Assembly (NCBI GenBank): GCA_002496955.1
Contig: DALZ01000092.1
Coordinates: 8,799-37,709, forward strand
Direction of reading: 5' to 3'
DNA from: Euryarchaeota archaeon UBA128
GTDB taxonomy: Archaea > Thermoplasmatota > Poseidoniia > Poseidoniales > Poseidoniaceae
DNA: 28,911 nt
Shown here: positions 26,624 to 28,911 of the stretch, one piece after another
Position numbering within the stretch: position 1 is the first letter of the stretch
How the letters are laid out: every line of letters starts with the position of its first letter
Translations under genes and position numbers: made by a program
Notes under the pieces: model-generated
What the model saw: the letters and a program-made list of their open reading frames with translations, nothing else
What the model was told of the DNA's origin: nothing
Databases searched by the model: none

Positions 26624-27838
26624 ATGGTAAGAAACCAAATTCCTGTATCTAAACGTGCTGCAAGCATTGAATACGCCATTAGAGACGTTGTAGTTCCAGC
26701 GACAAAACTAGAATCTGAAGGTCATGAAATTATCAAGTTGAATATTGGTGATCCAATCGCATATCCCGGATTACCAACGCCTAAACATATGGTTGATGCT
26801 TATGTGAAAGCGTTGCAGACCGGTAATAATGGTTATTCACCATCATATGGGATTCCCGAGTTAAGAGCATCAATTGCCCAAGATGAGCGACGAAAAGGCT
26901 GGTCTGCAAGCCAAGATGATATCTATGTCTGTCACGGGGTAACTGAAGCACTGCAGATTATTTTTGCTGCAACATTAGAAGAGGGTGATATTGTATTAGC
27001 ACCCGGTCCACATTATCCACCATATCTGGCTTACCCACAAATGTTTGGCGCTGAAACATTGGAATACAAACTTCGTCCTGATAACGCATGGGCTTTGGAC
27101 TTTGATGACATTGAAGCTAAAATGTCTGATGACGTCAAATTACTTGTTCTGATTAATCCTAACAATCCTTGTGGTGCTGTTGCTGGCAAGGACGATATTT
27201 TTCGGCTCCTTGCTATAGCAAGGAAATGGCCAAACTGTATTGTAATCGCCGATGAAATATATGATGGGCTTGATTTCACAGGTGAGCACACCAGTGTTGC
27301 AAGTTTATCTCCAGATGTTCCTGTTTTTGTCCTTAATGGTGTTTCCAAGGTGTTCTATGCACCGGGTTGGCGAATAGGCTATCTCGGGATACACGATCCC
27401 AAACGAAGACTTGATTTGGTCAGGGATGGAATAGAGCGATTACTAAGGTCGCGGCTGTGTGCTTCAACACCGGCACAGTTGGGATATTTGGCGGGTCTAG
27501 ATTCAGATAGAACATGGATGAATTCATACGCCAAAAAAATTGCTCGACAGCGAGATTTGTGCGTGGACCGAATAAAATCAATCGAAGGTCTTGAAGTTCA
27601 ATCTACCGGAGGAGCATTCTACATGTTTATCAAACTCACAGACGAGAAATGGTTCAATAACGACAAGGAATTTGTTCTCCAACTACTACATGAAGAACAT
27701 GTGTTAGTTGTCCACGGTAGTGGTTTCTCGCCCGAACTTGGTGCAGGTCATTTTCGCTTGGTATACCTCGCTGACTTAGATATATTGAATGAGGTATTTG
27801 ATCGAATTGACCGATTTTTAACCAAGCATCGGCAATAA
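26624..27838 (+). CDS. Class I/II aminotransferase, alanine aminotransferase (AlaA-like)
   Basis: SKRAASIEYAIRDVV, KLNIGDP, INPNNPCG, ADEIYD and NGVSKVFYAPGWRIGY (PLP lysine). The N-terminus resembles archaeal AlaAT. Confidence 0.9.
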   Translation: MVRNQIPVSKRAASIEYAIRDVVVPATKLESEGHEIIKLNIGDPIAYPGLPTPKHMVDAYVKALQTGNNGYSPSYGIPELRASIAQDERRKGWSASQDDIYVCHGVTEALQIIFAATLEEGDIVLAPGPHYPPYLAYPQMFGAETLEYKLRPDNAWALDFDDIEAKMSDDVKLLVLINPNNPCGAVAGKDDIFRLLAIARKWPNCIVIADEIYDGLDFTGEHTSVASLSPDVPVFVLNGVSKVFYAPGWRIGYLGIHDPKRRLDLVRDGIERLLRSRLCASTPAQLGYLAGLDSDRTWMNSYAKKIARQRDLCVDRIKSIEGLEVQSTGGAFYMFIKLTDEKWFNNDKEFVLQLLHEEHVLVVHGSGFSPELGAGHFRLVYLADLDILNEVFDRIDRFLTKHRQ

Positions 27839-27877
27839 TACCGGAGTATTGATGTGCGTAGGTTCCGTGGGGTATGC

Positions 27878-28911
27878 ATGGAAAGGTCAAAAACGCTGTT
27901 ACTAAGTGTTGTAAGTCTTTTTCTTTTCTCATTTTTCATTGAGTCAGCCGCAGCAGATGGTAGCGGCACTAAGGGTTTCGAAATTAGCCATTTATATCCC
28001 CTCGTCAGTGCTTTAATTATCGCTGCGTTGATGTGGAAATTTTTTATTCCGATACAACTGGCAAATTTACAGGTAGCGTTTGAAATAGATGACGATTTAT
28101 ATGAAGTTCATCGAGTAACTAGGGACCTTGATGATGCTAGGGATTTACTCTCCGAAGGTTCTGTGGGTTATGGTTTAGGCCTATACATGATGGGGATGAC
28201 AGGAGTCCTAATCCTCATTGGCGAGTTTTTATTCGAACCAGACTTCTTTTATCTGCCATCTCTATATGTAATAGCATTACTAGTAGGGATACCAATACTG
28301 ATTTCGCCATGGGAAACGATGAATGCTCAATTGTCACGCAACCAGCGCCCTTCAACTAACAATCAAATTCTTGGATTTTTCCGAAGAACCTTGACATTAT
28401 TCATTATAATAGGTATAACCATCGCCTCGCTTATGTATGGATTACAAGAATCAACCTCAGGAGTGATTGAACCATTCTGGTTGGCTCTAGCAATGTTAGT
28501 TTTCATGTCGCCGACAATATTTGCTTATGGTAGAATAATGGGTGCTTCCTGGAATATGTTGCTTATTGGTAAGTGGCGAACCTCTAACGGTAAAAGAAAC
28601 CCAATCGACCCAGACAAACCAAAATTTTTCAATCGCTTATTTTCATTACTGCTTGTAATATTTTTGTTAACGATGCCGGTTACTGCGCTTAATGGCATTG
28701 TAACTGTAGTATATGTCTTGATAGTTAACCCAGATAACTATTCTGATGTTCTAAACTACGGTGGCATAATCGGTCATTCAATTTATGTCAGGATAGATTT
28801 AATTTCAGAAATTCTATTCCACTGGGAGTTCATTAAAAGTCTACCCCAGTTCCTGTCGCTATATCTATCACTAAATATTGCAATAGTTGGTTTAGCCTTC
28901 ATTTTTGAATT
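27878..28911 (+). CDS. Multi-pass membrane protein, partial at the window end (not in the ORF track)
   Basis: Manual translation from ATG27878 (MERSKTLLLSVVSLFLFSFFIESAAADG...) stays open to the end of the window, with a signal-like N-terminus and many hydrophobic segments. Confidence 0.85.
   Translation, partial: MERSKTLLLSVVSLFLFSFFIESAAADGSGTKGFEISHLYPLVSALIIAALMWKFFIPIQLANLQVAFEIDDDLYEVHRVTRDLDDARDLLSEGSVGYGLGLYMMGMTGVLILIGEFLFEPDFFYLPSLYVIALLVGIPILISPWETMNAQLSRNQRPSTNNQILGFFRRTLTLFIIIGITIASLMYGLQESTSGVIEPFWLALAMLVFMSPTIFAYGRIMGASWNMLLIGKWRTSNGKRNPIDPDKPKFFNRLFSLLLVIFLLTMPVTALNGIVTVVYVLIVNPDNYSDVLNYGGIIGHSIYVRIDLISEILFHWEFIKSLPQFLSLYLSLNIAIVGLAFIFE

Noticed and set aside
79-27969. Many antisense or alternate-frame ORFs in the track (e.g. 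4910-5377, 6267-6767, 10993-11472, 12621-12965, 13866-14249, 17280-17636, 27031-27348)
   Set aside because: They lie wholly or largely within well-supported genes, often codon-aligned on the opposite strand, and have no motifs. They are shadow ORFs.
1-28911. CRISPR arrays, IS elements, prophage or restriction/defence genes
   Set aside because: No spaced repeats, transposase, integrase, terminal inverted repeats or nuclease motifs were seen on reading.

Overview
Gene-dense archaeal chromosome segment, almost all core and housekeeping genes. The gene set and style suggest Thermoplasmatota, probably Marine Group II / Ca. Poseidoniales; this placement is an inference. From left to right it holds: rpoE'-spt4-rps24e-rps27ae, a putative beta-propeller protein, archaeal D-aminoacyl-tRNA deacylase, proline dehydrogenase, an HVO_0476-type Zn-finger protein, an O-methyltransferase, a minus-strand operon (Zn-ribbon membrane protein, SufS-type cysteine desulfurase, membrane-anchored subtilase), tRNA-Ser(GGA), a 4-TM protein, tRNA-Thr(GGT), a small coiled-coil protein, rtcB, alaS, a Nudix hydrolase, an ETHE1-like MBL protein, an unknown membrane protein, a SerA-like dehydrogenase, dinB, valS, an MMPL/RND transporter, an EVE protein, alanine aminotransferase and a membrane protein cut off by the window edge. 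Two genes are absent from the ORF track: rps27ae and the last partial gene. I saw no mobile element, CRISPR array or recognisable defence system. The most notable observations are: (1) the 4-TM protein between the tRNAs carries a W-x8-GLW-x2-C motif and topology like the claudin/PMP22 superfamily, generally regarded as eukaryotic; (2) five of seven convergent CDS pairs abut with exactly zero gap; (3) the rpoE' operon has a multi-hairpin leader; (4) the subtilase appears to lack a prodomain; (5) one proton-relay dyad of the MMPL protein carries a reciprocal substitution. All protein assignments come from motif recognition by eye; no searches were run.
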